Part shown: piece after piece, positions 9,104 through 18,373 of the stretch
Layout of the letters: each line of letters opens with the position of its first letter
Numbering within the stretch: position 1 is the stretch's first letter
The notes under the pieces: generated by a model
What the model saw: the letters and a program-made list of their open reading frames with translations, nothing else
Told to the model about the DNA's origin: nothing
Databases searched by the model: none
Translations under genes and position numbers: made by a program
NCBI RefSeq assembly: GCF_900079115.1
Contig: NZ_LT549890.1
Coordinates: forward strand, 1,260,001 to 1,292,000
Length of the DNA: 32,000 bases
Reading direction: 5' to 3'
Origin: Saccharolobus solfataricus
GTDB lineage: Archaea; Thermoproteota; Thermoprotei_A; Sulfolobales; Sulfolobaceae

Positions 9104-9754
9104 ATGTCGCTGGCTGAAGAGATTAAAAAGGTCCTAAAGGAGAATCCATCAATTATAGTGGACGCGCTCGCGCAGAGACCAGAAATTCTCTATGATGTAT
9201 TAGTTAAGTTGATGCCATGGCAAGTTATAATTCGTGATATTGATGACCTAAAAAATCATACTCAAAAAATAGAAAAGGAGTTAGGGGAAGTAAAGGAGAG
9301 TCTGAAGAATTTTGTTACTAAGGAGGATGCTAAGAATTTCGCCACCAAGGACGACATAAAGAGGTTGGAAACTATCATTACTGGTTTAGGTGCGAGGTGG
9401 GGATTATTAAGTGAAGATGCGTTTAGGCAAGGCGTATATGAGATTATGAAATCTGAGGGAATTGTTGCTAAGAAGGAGCTCGTATACGATAAGACTGGTG
9501 AAGTATATGGCGAACCTTCTGATGTCGAATACGATTTAATGATAGAGGACGGAAACTTAGTAATGATAGAAATAACTTCAGCTATAAAAAGAGGAGATCT
9601 ACCCGTAATTAGGAAGAAGAAGGAATTTTATGAGAGAAACAAAAACGTGAAGATATCTAAAGTAATAGTCATAACACCTTTTTTACACGATAAATATCCA
9701 GATAGGCTAAAAGCAATGGCAAAAGATATGGGAATAGAAATAATTAATCCTTAA
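9104..9754 (+). CDS. Hypothetical protein: N-terminal coiled-coil region (DUF3782-like) plus a C-terminal PD-(D/E)xK-like nuclease-fold domain
   Basis: The ATG at 9104 is preferred; the ORF track starts at a TTG at 9098. There is a charged helical N-terminal half. The C-terminal SDVEYDLMIEDGNLVMIEITSAIKRG fits a D...E-x-(T/K) restriction-endonuclease-like core. The family assignment comes from memory of similar multicopy Sulfolobales proteins. Confidence 0.4.
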   Translation: MSLAEEIKKVLKENPSIIVDALAQRPEILYDVLVKLMPWQVIIRDIDDLKNHTQKIEKELGEVKESLKNFVTKEDAKNFATKDDIKRLETIITGLGARWGLLSEDAFRQGVYEIMKSEGIVAKKELVYDKTGEVYGEPSDVEYDLMIEDGNLVMIEITSAIKRGDLPVIRKKKEFYERNKNVKISKVIVITPFLHDKYPDRLKAMAKDMGIEIINP

Positions 9755-10175
9755 ACTATTGTGACAAAGGAAAAGCAAGCCTCGCCCCTTCTCGGTACTC
9801 CCAAAATCTATTTCCAGAAATAATCCACTTCGAAATATTATAGAAATTAAGCAATTAAAGTTTATAACTATCTGACAACTAGCTAAAATTTAAAGTAAAA
9901 ATCTTACTAAATACTTCAATATTTATGTATTACTTAAGAAGCAGTACTATAATTCATGTTATTCACCTCATATTTTCTCATAAATTTTAGAAAAATTAGA
10001 AAGAAATACTTTAATTTTATAGAAATTCAGATAGAATCATTCCCTTTTGATATATTTTATCATATATAAGGAGGTCAGTTAGATCATATAACGTTCTTCT
10101 ATTTATTTAAACATGGGGCTTATGCGACACTAGCGGAAGGGATTTTTCAACCCTAAATCCCCATGAAGATGGAAA

Positions 10176-10949
10176 CTATTTCAGAATATACTCCTTAAAT
10201 CTATTCACGTTTTCCGGATCATAAGATGGAATAACAACATCACATTCCCTCCTCATGTAATCGTAAGCATTTAAACACTCGTAGATATCCTCTGCAATAC
10301 CAATTGGTATATTTTGTTCAAAATTATTCATAACAAAAGCTGAATCACTTATACACCATCTCTTTTTATCAAAATTGAACTTGACCAACATCGAGCTTCT
10401 ATGATGACAACCAGTCCACTTAACCTCAATACCCTTAATTACTTCTTGATTTTCTACCAAAACAATCCTATTCCACGCTTCATCAAATAAATATTCCCTA
10501 GTTAATCTGGGTAAGTAGATGTCCCTATTTAAGAAAGGTGAAGGAGATGGAGTAACTACATCCTCATACCATCCCTTTTTAGAGAAGTATAGTTTAGCTT
10601 TTCTGAACATATGAATTCTTCCTATAGTGTAGTCTTGAACTGGAGTAATAATAATGTGAGAAATGTCATCAGTGGTTATGTTCAGTTTTGCTAGAGCATT
10701 TTCGATCTTCTCTACATGTTGAAATTTGCATCTGTCGCTCTTAGCCCATTCCTTCAGAAACTTATTCCTTAAGCTTAAGTCATCCGGTAATCCAGTATTA
10801 ATTAGCACATATTGATCGTTTTCTGTCTTTATTAAAAAGGAGTAAAATGACAATCTATACCACTTGTCAAAATCTTTCATCCAGAAAACCTCTGCTCCAG
10901 GTACCTCTCCATGATCACCAACCTGTATTATCTTAAATAGAGAAACCAT
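10176..10949 (-). CDS. Metallo-beta-lactamase-fold-like protein with a degenerate metal-binding motif
   Basis: The layout mirrors lactonase-type MBLs: YVLINTGL, IIITPVQDYTIG in place of HxHxDH, WTGCHHRSS, ISDSAF and VVIPSYDPE. The canonical His/Asp ligands of motif 2 are absent. Confidence 0.45.
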   Translation of the reverse strand: MVSLFKIIQVGDHGEVPGAEVFWMKDFDKWYRLSFYSFLIKTENDQYVLINTGLPDDLSLRNKFLKEWAKSDRCKFQHVEKIENALAKLNITTDDISHIIITPVQDYTIGRIHMFRKAKLYFSKKGWYEDVVTPSPSPFLNRDIYLPRLTREYLFDEAWNRIVLVENQEVIKGIEVKWTGCHHRSSMLVKFNFDKKRWCISDSAFVMNNFEQNIPIGIAEDIYECLNAYDYMRRECDVVIPSYDPENVNRFKEYILK

Positions 10950-11125
10950 ACCATTATATTCCTTCTGAACTTATTAATATACACTCATACGAGTTTGGAT
11001 AATTTAGTCAATAATCAGTCCTAATTAATATTGAGAGGTATGATTACCATTTAGCAAAGAATCTAAGAAGAATGGGATAGATGGGAAATGGATATGATAG
11101 AAGATAAGACAAACCTTACCCTTTA

Positions 11126-12264
11126 CGGTAGACCCAAAATGATCCCCTTGAAAATAAATCTGTAACATTATTAAGCGTTTTCTCTATTTTAATAAAATTA
11201 TCCTTGATATTACTGTTATGAATAAAAGGATGAGTAAAAGTCTTCCCTCTTCACATCCTTGAATATGGTGAGGAGGAAGTAGAGAGCTATCATGAACATC
11301 AGCTTACGAAACGCTAACCTGGTTGAGCTTATGAACGGGAGAAACGACTTGATATTCCTATAGGAAGTCTCTATTGGGTTCACCTTGTTGTAAAGCCTAA
11401 ACACCACATCCTTGGGTAGATCTAGGTTTGTGGCCCTAGCGAAGTACTCAATTCTTCCTCCTAATCCCTACCTTGAACAATTGACTTGAACTTCACCTGC
11501 TTTTACCTCCTATGTCTCTTGCTATTCTTCGCCTTCATCGAAATCGTTGTGGATTTTCAAGGTACCTACTGGGACTGCAACTTGAACTTGGAGATGAAGT
11601 TCAACACGTCTGCTGAGTAGAATCCCGCGTCAAGTGTTATCAAGTTTACTGAGATCTGTTCAATAAGTAGCTTGACTGTGTCGTCTTTTGTCATCCCTTT
11701 CTCTTGTTCGATGAATGCTAGTATTTTCCCGTTGTGTTTTGTCGTTGCAGTTGCGTAGTTCCATGAGTATCCATCTTCTGAGCTACCTAACCTCTCTATT
11801 GGTCTGGTACTTTATCGTGGTCCAATCTATTGATATGTTTACTTTCTTCACTGCTTTTAGCATTTCAAGGGATAGTTGTTTCACTCGTTTGAGTAATTTC
11901 TCGGCTACTTCTTCTTTCTCGGCGTAGTTTCTCACTGTTTGGCTTGAGGTCTTGAACATCTTTGACTTGTTCTCGATTGAGCCGTTCCACGGCTGTGACG
12001 AGTGTTTTGGCTACTTCTTCTCCCTTTCTTCCCTTAAAGTCTATCATGGAAAGTAATTTATACCCTATTTGCTGAATTTGGGTGGGGAAAGTTAAGTATT
12101 ATTATTTGGAATTCACTCTTGGTAATACAGATCTCCTCACCTAAAATTTTTCCTTTCAATTTGTTGAATTCTTAACACTATAATTTACTCTATTATCCTT
12201 TATAAGCTGGATATTAATTAACTGATATTGTTTTTTTTTTTGTAAAAAGATTTTGGGTCTACCG
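11126..12264 (-). mobile_element. Decayed DDE-transposase IS (1139 bp) with perfect 15-bp terminal inverted repeats; transposase broken into several frames
   Basis: TIRs are cggtagacccaaaat (11126..11140) and attttgggtctaccg (12250..12264). Minus-strand fragments are MIDFKGRKGEEVAKTLVTAVERLN..., ...KVNISIDWTTIKY..., ...GMTKDDTVKLLIEQISVNLITLDAGFYSADVLNFISKFKL and ...YNKVNPIETSYRNIKSF... (Y-R-E-K type C-terminal motif). Confidence 0.7.
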
Positions 12265-12384
12265 ATGAGGACGGGTTAGCTCACCTCTTACTTTCTTTAA
12301 ACTAATCAGAAGTTTAAGGCGAATTCATGGCTAACTTAACGCCAATTTAAAAAAAGGTTTATAAAATCTATAAAGAAATATAAA

Positions 12385-13047
12385 ATGATGAAAAGGAAAT
12401 TTGATCTCAAAAAGGATGTAATAATAGCGTTAAATCCATTGCAGACAAGATACCAACTGTTCTCAGAAAGAGTATTTCAGCCTTTGTATAGTGCGACAAA
12501 TGATGGAATTTATCGTATGGAGAGACTCAAAAGAACCGGAATCGGACTCGGGCTTACGCTAGCTGAACTTGGAGTAGGTGTTCTAATCATCTTTCTTGGT
12601 ATCTTCATTTATTTCACTATTTATTTCACTTATCAATATATTTATATTCCTCCACTTGCCCATTATCCACTTGCCCCAGAAATAATAGTGTACGCAATTC
12701 CTTTTGCCATTCCTATTGGAATTTTTATTGGGATTATAGTTGCACTTGTTTTTGGAATTGTAAAGCTGGTAAAAATTATCAGAAAACTTTCAAGAAAAAT
12801 AAATATAGCAGAAGGGGAACTAGTAGTTCCATGGGTCTCTGTAAGGAATATCGTAGTTACTAATGTAAGGCAGGAAAATATAGCCAACAGACCCAGTATT
12901 ACTCTGAATATAATCTCGCCGGTTTACAAGGAAATAGGCGATTGGCATGTTCTAACAACGGACGGAAGAGACATAACAATACCTAACGTTGACGACCCAT
13001 TTAATAAGCTAAATTATGTAAAAAACAGATTTAACTTGACATTCTAA
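12385..13047 (+). CDS. Hypothetical membrane protein (central hydrophobic segments, soluble C-terminal ~80 aa)
   Basis: A 220-aa ORF with an ATG start. Long hydrophobic stretches are GIGLGLTLAELGVGVLIIFLGIFIYFTIYF and IIVYAIPFAIPIGIFIGIIVALVFGIV. I recognised no family. Confidence 0.5.
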   Translation: MMKRKFDLKKDVIIALNPLQTRYQLFSERVFQPLYSATNDGIYRMERLKRTGIGLGLTLAELGVGVLIIFLGIFIYFTIYFTYQYIYIPPLAHYPLAPEIIVYAIPFAIPIGIFIGIIVALVFGIVKLVKIIRKLSRKINIAEGELVVPWVSVRNIVVTNVRQENIANRPSITLNIISPVYKEIGDWHVLTTDGRDITIPNVDDPFNKLNYVKNRFNLTF

Positions 13048-13181
13048 AAATTTTTTACATGTACGTCGTTGGACTTCCGCTTGGAGGGTTTCTGGAGGTG
13101 TTGATGGGGTAGTATATTGTTTGGACACTCAATCCCTCCTACTTGAAAGCTCTGATCGTATATTCCCCAGGGGTTTGGGCT

Positions 13182-14400
13182 TCATGGGATTTCATGATAT
13201 TTAATATCAACCCTCAGCCCTTGGGCTTCACCGAAGTCGCGGACGTTCATCCTTCTCCGCCCCATTAGCGGAATAACCCCAACCCACACCCGCGCTATTT
13301 CACGGATGTGAGGGAATCCGCACATCTTGAGATAAATATTCAGTGAAGCATTCAATTGCCTATCTAACTTGAACCCGCACCTCTCACACTCAAAGGTCTT
13401 ACCAACCTTTCGGGATACAAACCTACATCTGGGGCAAGACCTCGAGGTGAGGTACGGGTTCACTTCCTTAACGAAAGAACCGTAAAGCGGAGCCTTGTAC
13501 TTCAACACTCTGTGTATACTCCTCCAAACAGTCCTAGAAATCTTCCTCGAAAGAGAGTCATTAGCATCCTTAAACATACTCTCTTTGTTAAGCTTTTCCA
13601 CAGCGAAAAACGTCATGGGGTACAAGTCCAACAAAGTGTTTACAAACTTGTGAACGAAGTCCAGAACGCGATTCCTCTCCCTATGCGAATACTTCCTCAT
13701 CAACTCTCTCCCTCTTCGTGTGCTTTGATGCAAATGATTGCACCTTAGCCCTCTTCACCTCCATGGAGTACTTAAGGGAGTACAACTGCTTCAGAGAGAT
13801 TGTAACGAATTTCTCACCATCATAAGCATCTAGAGTATAAAGGTTGGAGTCAATAGCTAGAAAGTTCACTGGTGTTACCCATGGTAACTTGTAACGAAAT
13901 GGTAGGTAAACCTTCTCCTCCTTAATTATAGGTTCACCAAGTTCCAACTCCTTAACCCTTCTTGAGAACCATGACTTACTCCACGAGAAGGTGATGTACT
14001 CATGAGGTCTTACCGTTATTCTAACGCTTTCCCCCACAACCTTCCTCAGAGTCGTCTTTATCCTAACGTAAGCCTTCTTCACCCTTGGTTTTTCAATCGA
14101 AGCTCTCCCCTTTATGGCCCTTTTCCTCCACGACTTCAAGATCGAGAATGCGTCATTAATTGCCTTATCGACGTAATGTGACGCAAGGTGATTGATCTTC
14201 TCCAACTCTTCCCTAAGTGGTTTGTATACTTCCTTCTTCTTCGGTAGTGTTATCTTGTAATTACCGTTCTTTTTTCTTACTTGTATTTTCGTTAAATTCC
14301 ACAGGTAGTCAATTGCTTTCTGTAGTAGTGTTCTGTATTCTTTAATTAACTCTTTGCTCTTCTCCCTCTCACTATTCTTGATGGAGTACGTGAAGTGCAC
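13182..14400 (-). pseudogene. tnpB: ISC1904 copy 2 orfB (TnpB-like), disrupted by a -2 frameshift
   Basis: It is split into the ORFs 13681..14400 and 13182..13733. Copy 1 has G5 (2756..2760) where copy 2 has the equivalent of G3 (ccc at 13710..13712). The 5' 16 codons are separated from the rest by the MITE. Confidence 0.85.
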
Positions 14401-14479
14401 TAGTATTTTGGAAAAGTTCTTAGACTATGATCTAGTGGTATATCCTTTGCCTAAAGCTATAGACTTTCTGAAGGCACTA
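14401..14479. mobile_element. SM1-like MITE (79 bp including flanking TA dinucleotides) nested between orfA and orfB of ISC1904 copy 2
   Basis: It is absent from copy 1 at the homologous position. Its ends tagtattttggaaaagttcttagac and (reverse complement) tagtgccttcagaaagtctatag resemble the ISC1048 termini in this window: tagtatttccggaaagttcttagac (right end, reverse complement) and tagtgtttccgaaaagtttatag (left end). It starts and ends with TA. Confidence 0.75.
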
Positions 14480-14497
14480 ACGTATTCCTCTTCCGGT

Positions 14498-15085
14498 TCA
14501 AATTTTCCAATTCTTAAGTTCTTCAGCACATTTCTTCACCTTTTCGTATTTATGACTTCTCATACCATACAGTTTCCCGCTGAACGAGACTAGTGCTGAC
14601 ATTAGGTCTTCAACTAGTTCTTCCTCTTTGTCCTCTTGGTTTAGTACTACTATTTCACAGTTGTGTGCTTTGCACACTTCCTCTAGGATTTCGAAACCGA
14701 ATCTAACAAGTCTGTCTGGGTAAGCAACAACTACGCGTGATACTTCGTTATTTAATATCATTCTCAACAACTTCAAGAACCCCTTTCTCTTCATGTTTAA
14801 CCCGGAACCTATGTCTGTGATTACTTGGTCGTATTCTTTGACTTGTTCCTCTAGGTACTTCACTTGGTTTACTAGATCGTCTTTTTGCGTGGAAGATGAT
14901 ACTCTAGCGTAAAGTATTACTTTTCTTTTTCTAATAATTCCCATTAGCCTCTCTATGTCTTCTTCTCTGAATCTCCATTTTCCGCTCTGTAGTATAACTG
15001 GTTTTATGTATCCTTTCTTAACGTATTCTCTAAGTGTTGCATAGGATATTCCTAGTCTTTGGCATGCTTCCTTTGGTCTTAGCAT
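14498..15085 (-). CDS. IS607-family OrfA serine recombinase, copy 2 (195 aa, apparently intact)
   Basis: Near-identical to 1467..2045, with the same MerR-like HTH and the YARVSSSTQKDDL catalytic motif. Confidence 0.9.
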   Translation of the reverse strand: MLRPKEACQRLGISYATLREYVKKGYIKPVILQSGKWRFREEDIERLMGIIRKRKVILYARVSSSTQKDDLVNQVKYLEEQVKEYDQVITDIGSGLNMKRKGFLKLLRMILNNEVSRVVVAYPDRLVRFGFEILEEVCKAHNCEIVVLNQEDKEEELVEDLMSALVSFSGKLYGMRSHKYEKVKKCAEELKNWKI

Positions 15086-15398
15086 TGTATAAGAGTTTGT
15101 GGCAAAATAATATAAACTTTACGGTTTATCGGAAACTGTTGGCAACGGCTTCCGACTAAAGACAAAGAAAGTTGATAATATTAGAAATTCCCCATCCATA
15201 GCTATAGGATCTATAATAAACATCAACGCTCCTATAGGTAGTGTTGCGAGAATCGCAAAACTGACTTTCTCCCGCCACTCATGGCGAGGTTTTCAGCAGT
15301 TTGTAATTATATTATCTATTTGCCTTAAGCTATGTGGCCACATTGTACTATGCAACGGTGAATTACTTATATATGCAAAAGTTGAGAATATACATGCT

Positions 15399-16205
15399 AT
15401 GACTTTCTCAATAGTCATTTACGATCCCGATGAAAAGGCTTGGGGTGTAGGAGTAGCAAGTAAATTCCTAGCTGTTGGTGCATTTGTACCGTGGTTGAAA
15501 CCAAATGTTGGCGCAATTGCTACGCAAGCTTTAGCTAATTTAACATATGGTATAAATGGGCTATCCTTGTTGGAAAAGGGTTATAGTGCGTCTGATTCAA
15601 TAAGGATTCTCACAGAATCGGATCCGTTAAGGGAGAAGAGACAAATCGGCATTGTCGACTCTAAGGGAAATGCTTCAGCCTTTACTGGAAGGGAATGCTA
15701 TTCGTACGCTGGACACATAGTTGGAAATAACTTCACCGTGCAAGGCAATATATTAGCCGGAGAAGAGGTTTTAGAGGCAATGGCAAAGGAGGCTGAAGGT
15801 AAGGGTAAAATTTATGAGAAGATTCTTAGAGCGTTAAAGGCTGGTGAGAGTAAAGGTGGTGATAGAAGAGGAAAACAGAGTGCTGCAATAATTGTAGTTA
15901 GAGCAGTTGAAAGGAGTGAGAGGGAAATTGATCCTTTAGTAGTAGGAAAGTACGTGGATTTGAGGGTTGATGATAGCCCAGACCCCTTGAGGGATTTGGA
16001 GAGGCTATTGGATCTATGGGTTGCTACTTTTGTTGAGGAGGAAATGGTGAACGTTAAGGATTATGAGGATCAGATTAGGGATGCTTTGAAAAGATGGGGA
16101 TATAGCGATTTGAGAACCTGGGTTGAGATAAACAATTTTGAGGGGAAGTATACTGGGGATAAGATCGGTAAAAGTGTGTTGAAGATTTTACTATCTAAAG
16201 GTTAA
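15399..16205 (+). CDS. DUF1028-family protein (Ntn-hydrolase-like fold)
   Basis: The N-terminus MTFSIVIYDPDEKAWGVGVASKFLAVGAFVPWLKPNVGAIATQALANLTYG matches the conserved DUF1028 pattern MTFSIV..D...GVAV.SKF.AVG..VPW...GVGA.ATQ. Confidence 0.7.
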   Translation: MTFSIVIYDPDEKAWGVGVASKFLAVGAFVPWLKPNVGAIATQALANLTYGINGLSLLEKGYSASDSIRILTESDPLREKRQIGIVDSKGNASAFTGRECYSYAGHIVGNNFTVQGNILAGEEVLEAMAKEAEGKGKIYEKILRALKAGESKGGDRRGKQSAAIIVVRAVERSEREIDPLVVGKYVDLRVDDSPDPLRDLERLLDLWVATFVEEEMVNVKDYEDQIRDALKRWGYSDLRTWVEINNFEGKYTGDKIGKSVLKILLSKG

Positions 16206-16275
16206 GAGTTTAAAAATTAATTTATTATAAAGTGAGGAGTAAAAGATTAAATAGTTAAACATTCATCTCTTAAAT

Positions 16276-17955
16276 ATGCAATACAAATGGGTTGCCTTAA
16301 GCAATACAACAATTGGAGTGCTAATGGCTTCAATAAACGGCACAATAACCCTAATCTCCCTCCCTGCCATATTTAGAGGAATTAACATTAACCCCTTTAC
16401 CTCATTTCAGTACCTATTATGGATATTAATGGGATATAACGTAGTTACCGCAACCTTGTTAGTGTCATTTGGTAGGTTATCTGACATTTTCGGCAGGGTT
16501 AGGTTATACAATTTAGGTTTTTTAATCTTTACAATTGGCTCAATTCTGCTTTTCTTAACTCCCAATACTGGTAGTCTAGGTGCACTAGAGTTAATATTGT
16601 TTAGGATAATCCAAGGAATAGGTGGAGCTTTTCTCTTCGCAAATAGTGCTGCTATAATCACAGACGCTTTCCCGTTTAATGAGAGGGGTAAGGCTCTTGG
16701 AATAAATCAAATCGCAGCCTTAGCTGGATCCCTAGTTGGTTTGATACTAGGCGGGATATTATCTGTAATAGATTGGCGTTACATATTTCTAGTTAGCGTC
16801 CCAGTTGGTATACTAGGTACAATATGGAGTTATACGAAACTAAAGGAAATTTCAGTACCTAGTAGGAGTGAGGGTATAGATTGGGCTGGAAACACAACCT
16901 TTGGTTTGGGTTTGATTCTAATCCTCATTGCAATAACTTACGGACTGTTACCTTATGGGAGTTCTCAGCTAGGTTGGGGAAACCCATTCGTGATTGGTTC
17001 AATGGTAGCTGGTATAGGATTAATAGGTGCATTCATCTACATAGAGAATAAGGTGAAATATCCCATGTTTAGGTTAGAGTTATTTAAGATTAGGATGTTC
17101 ACAGCAGGGAATTTAGCCAGCTTTTTGAGGTCAATAGCATACGGTGGATTAATGATAATGTTAATAATATTCTTACAAGGAATATGGCTTCCACTGCACG
17201 GGTATAGTTATGAGGAAACCCCATTCTGGGCTGGTATATATACTATACCATTAATGATAGGCTTTGTAACTATGGGCCCAATAAGCGGTTGGCTTTCCGA
17301 TAGGTATGGGGCTAGGCTCTTGGCAACACTAGGAATGGTAATAGTGGGTATAGGATTTCTATTATTAACACTCCTTCCCTATAATTTCAACTACCCAGAA
17401 TTCGCCCTCATAATATTCATAATGGGACTGGGAAATGGAATGTTTGCTTCCCCAAATACTGCCTCAATAATGAACTCCGTACCACCTAAGTATAGGGGAG
17501 TAGCATCTGGAATGAGGGCTACAATACAAAATACTGGTCAAACGTTAAGTATGGCATTGTTTTTCACCATAGTCATAATCTCCTTAGCCTCAACACTACC
17601 TACTGCGTTGGCAAATGCGGTAACTCAAGCCGGAGCTCCTCAATTAGCTCCATTAATGCAAAAGATACCGGTAACTGGTGCCCTATTTGCGGCATTTTTA
17701 GGATATGACCCAGTTAAGACAATTCTCTCATCTCTACCCCCACAGATAACTGTTCCACCACAAGCCGTAGCGGTAATGGAACAGCACGATTGGTTCCCAA
17801 CAGTTATTGCACCATCCTTCATGATAGCCTTAAGGGAAGCATTCTACATAAGTTCAGTTTTAACTTTCATTGCAGCTATTGCCTCGGCTTTAAGAGGTAG
17901 GAGAGTTATTGCAGAACAACAAGATGGTGGTGAAATAAATGCAAAAAATAGATGA
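16276..17955 (+). CDS. MFS transporter, DHA2/EmrB-like 14-TMS drug:H+ antiporter
   Basis: It is 559 aa with many hydrophobic segments. MFS motif A-like is [14 protein letters not shown] second-half motif is [11 protein letters not shown]. Its 3' end overlaps the MarR gene. Confidence 0.85.
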   Translation: MQYKWVALSNTTIGVLMASINGTITLISLPAIFRGININPFTSFQYLLWILMGYNVVTATLLVSFGRLSDIFGRVRLYNLGFLIFTIGSILLFLTPNTGSLGALELILFRIIQGIGGAFLFANSAAIITDAFPFNERGKALGINQIAALAGSLVGLILGGILSVIDWRYIFLVSVPVGILGTIWSYTKLKEISVPSRSEGIDWAGNTTFGLGLILILIAITYGLLPYGSSQLGWGNPFVIGSMVAGIGLIGAFIYIENKVKYPMFRLELFKIRMFTAGNLASFLRSIAYGGLMIMLIIFLQGIWLPLHGYSYEETPFWAGIYTIPLMIGFVTMGPISGWLSDRYGARLLATLGMVIVGIGFLLLTLLPYNFNYPEFALIIFIMGLGNGMFASPNTASIMNSVPPKYRGVASGMRATIQNTGQTLSMALFFTIVIISLASTLPTALANAVTQAGAPQLAPLMQKIPVTGALFAAFLGYDPVKTILSSLPPQITVPPQAVAVMEQHDWFPTVIAPSFMIALREAFYISSVLTFIAAIASALRGRRVIAEQQDGGEINAKNR

Positions 17956-18373
17956 AAAACTCCAATTAATGAATACTATAGCTAAAATCTATAGAGGATC
18001 AATAAAGGAGTTTAACAACAGGCTAGGTAAGTTAATGAACCTATCCTACTTGGACTTTTCAATACTTAAGGCCACATCTGAGGAACCTAGATCAATGGTT
18101 TATCTTGCTAACAGATATTTCGTAACTCAATCAGCAATAACTGCAGCAGTGGATAAATTGGAAGCCAAGGGATTGGTTAGGAGGATAAGGGACAGTAAAG
18201 ATAGACGAATCGTAATTGTGGAAATAACACCAAAGGGCAGGCAAGTGTTATTAGAAGCTAATGAAGTACTTAGAAATTTAGTAAATGAAATGCTAAGTGA
18301 TGTGGAAAACGTAGAAGAACTCCTAGAGGGTTTAAATAAAATACTATCTAGAATAGGAAGCTCCAAGGACTAG
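17939..18373 (+). CDS. bldR: MarR-family transcriptional regulator (BldR-type), co-operonic with the upstream MFS gene
   Basis: Winged-HTH MarR core: [66 protein letters not shown]. The symbol rests on the MFS-MarR arrangement next to the GH116/GH12/cpsA genes, as described for S. solfataricus. It has not been verified by search. Confidence 0.7.
   Translation: MQKIDEKLQLMNTIAKIYRGSIKEFNNRLGKLMNLSYLDFSILKATSEEPRSMVYLANRYFVTQSAITAAVDKLEAKGLVRRIRDSKDRRIVIVEITPKGRQVLLEANEVLRNLVNEMLSDVENVEELLEGLNKILSRIGSSKD

Larger units (their letters stand above)
13170..15149 (-). mobile_element. ISC1904-type IS607-family element, copy 2 (1980 bp; carries a nested 79-bp MITE and a frameshifted orfB)
   Basis: It aligns end to end with copy 1 in inverted orientation. 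The extra length is explained by the insertion at 14401..14479. Confidence 0.9.

Noticed and set aside
10100-10172. The segment ccctaaatccccatgaagatgg resembles the ISC1904 right end (aaatcccatgaagccc)
   Set aside because: Only about 13 nt match, with no extension on either side. That is too short to call an IS remnant.
9755-10175. About 420 bp of AT-rich non-coding spacer, checked for CRISPR repeats, tRNA and an origin-like repeat structure
   Set aside because: I saw no periodic direct repeats, no tRNA-like acceptor or T-arm, and only trivial short AT repeats such as tatagaaatt occurring twice.
14354-14593. 79-aa plus-strand ORF spanning the MITE in ISC1904 copy 2
   Set aside because: It reads through the MITE and is antisense to the orfA 3' end, so it was created by the nested insertion.
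15150-15398. Possible small membrane-protein ORF on the minus strand interrupted by ISC1904 copy 2 (...FAILATLPIGALMFIIDPIAMDGEFLILSTFFVFSR | NGEYTIRAFK*)
   Set aside because: There is no convincing start codon upstream and the rebuilt ORF would be very short. I could not establish what copy 2 inserted into.
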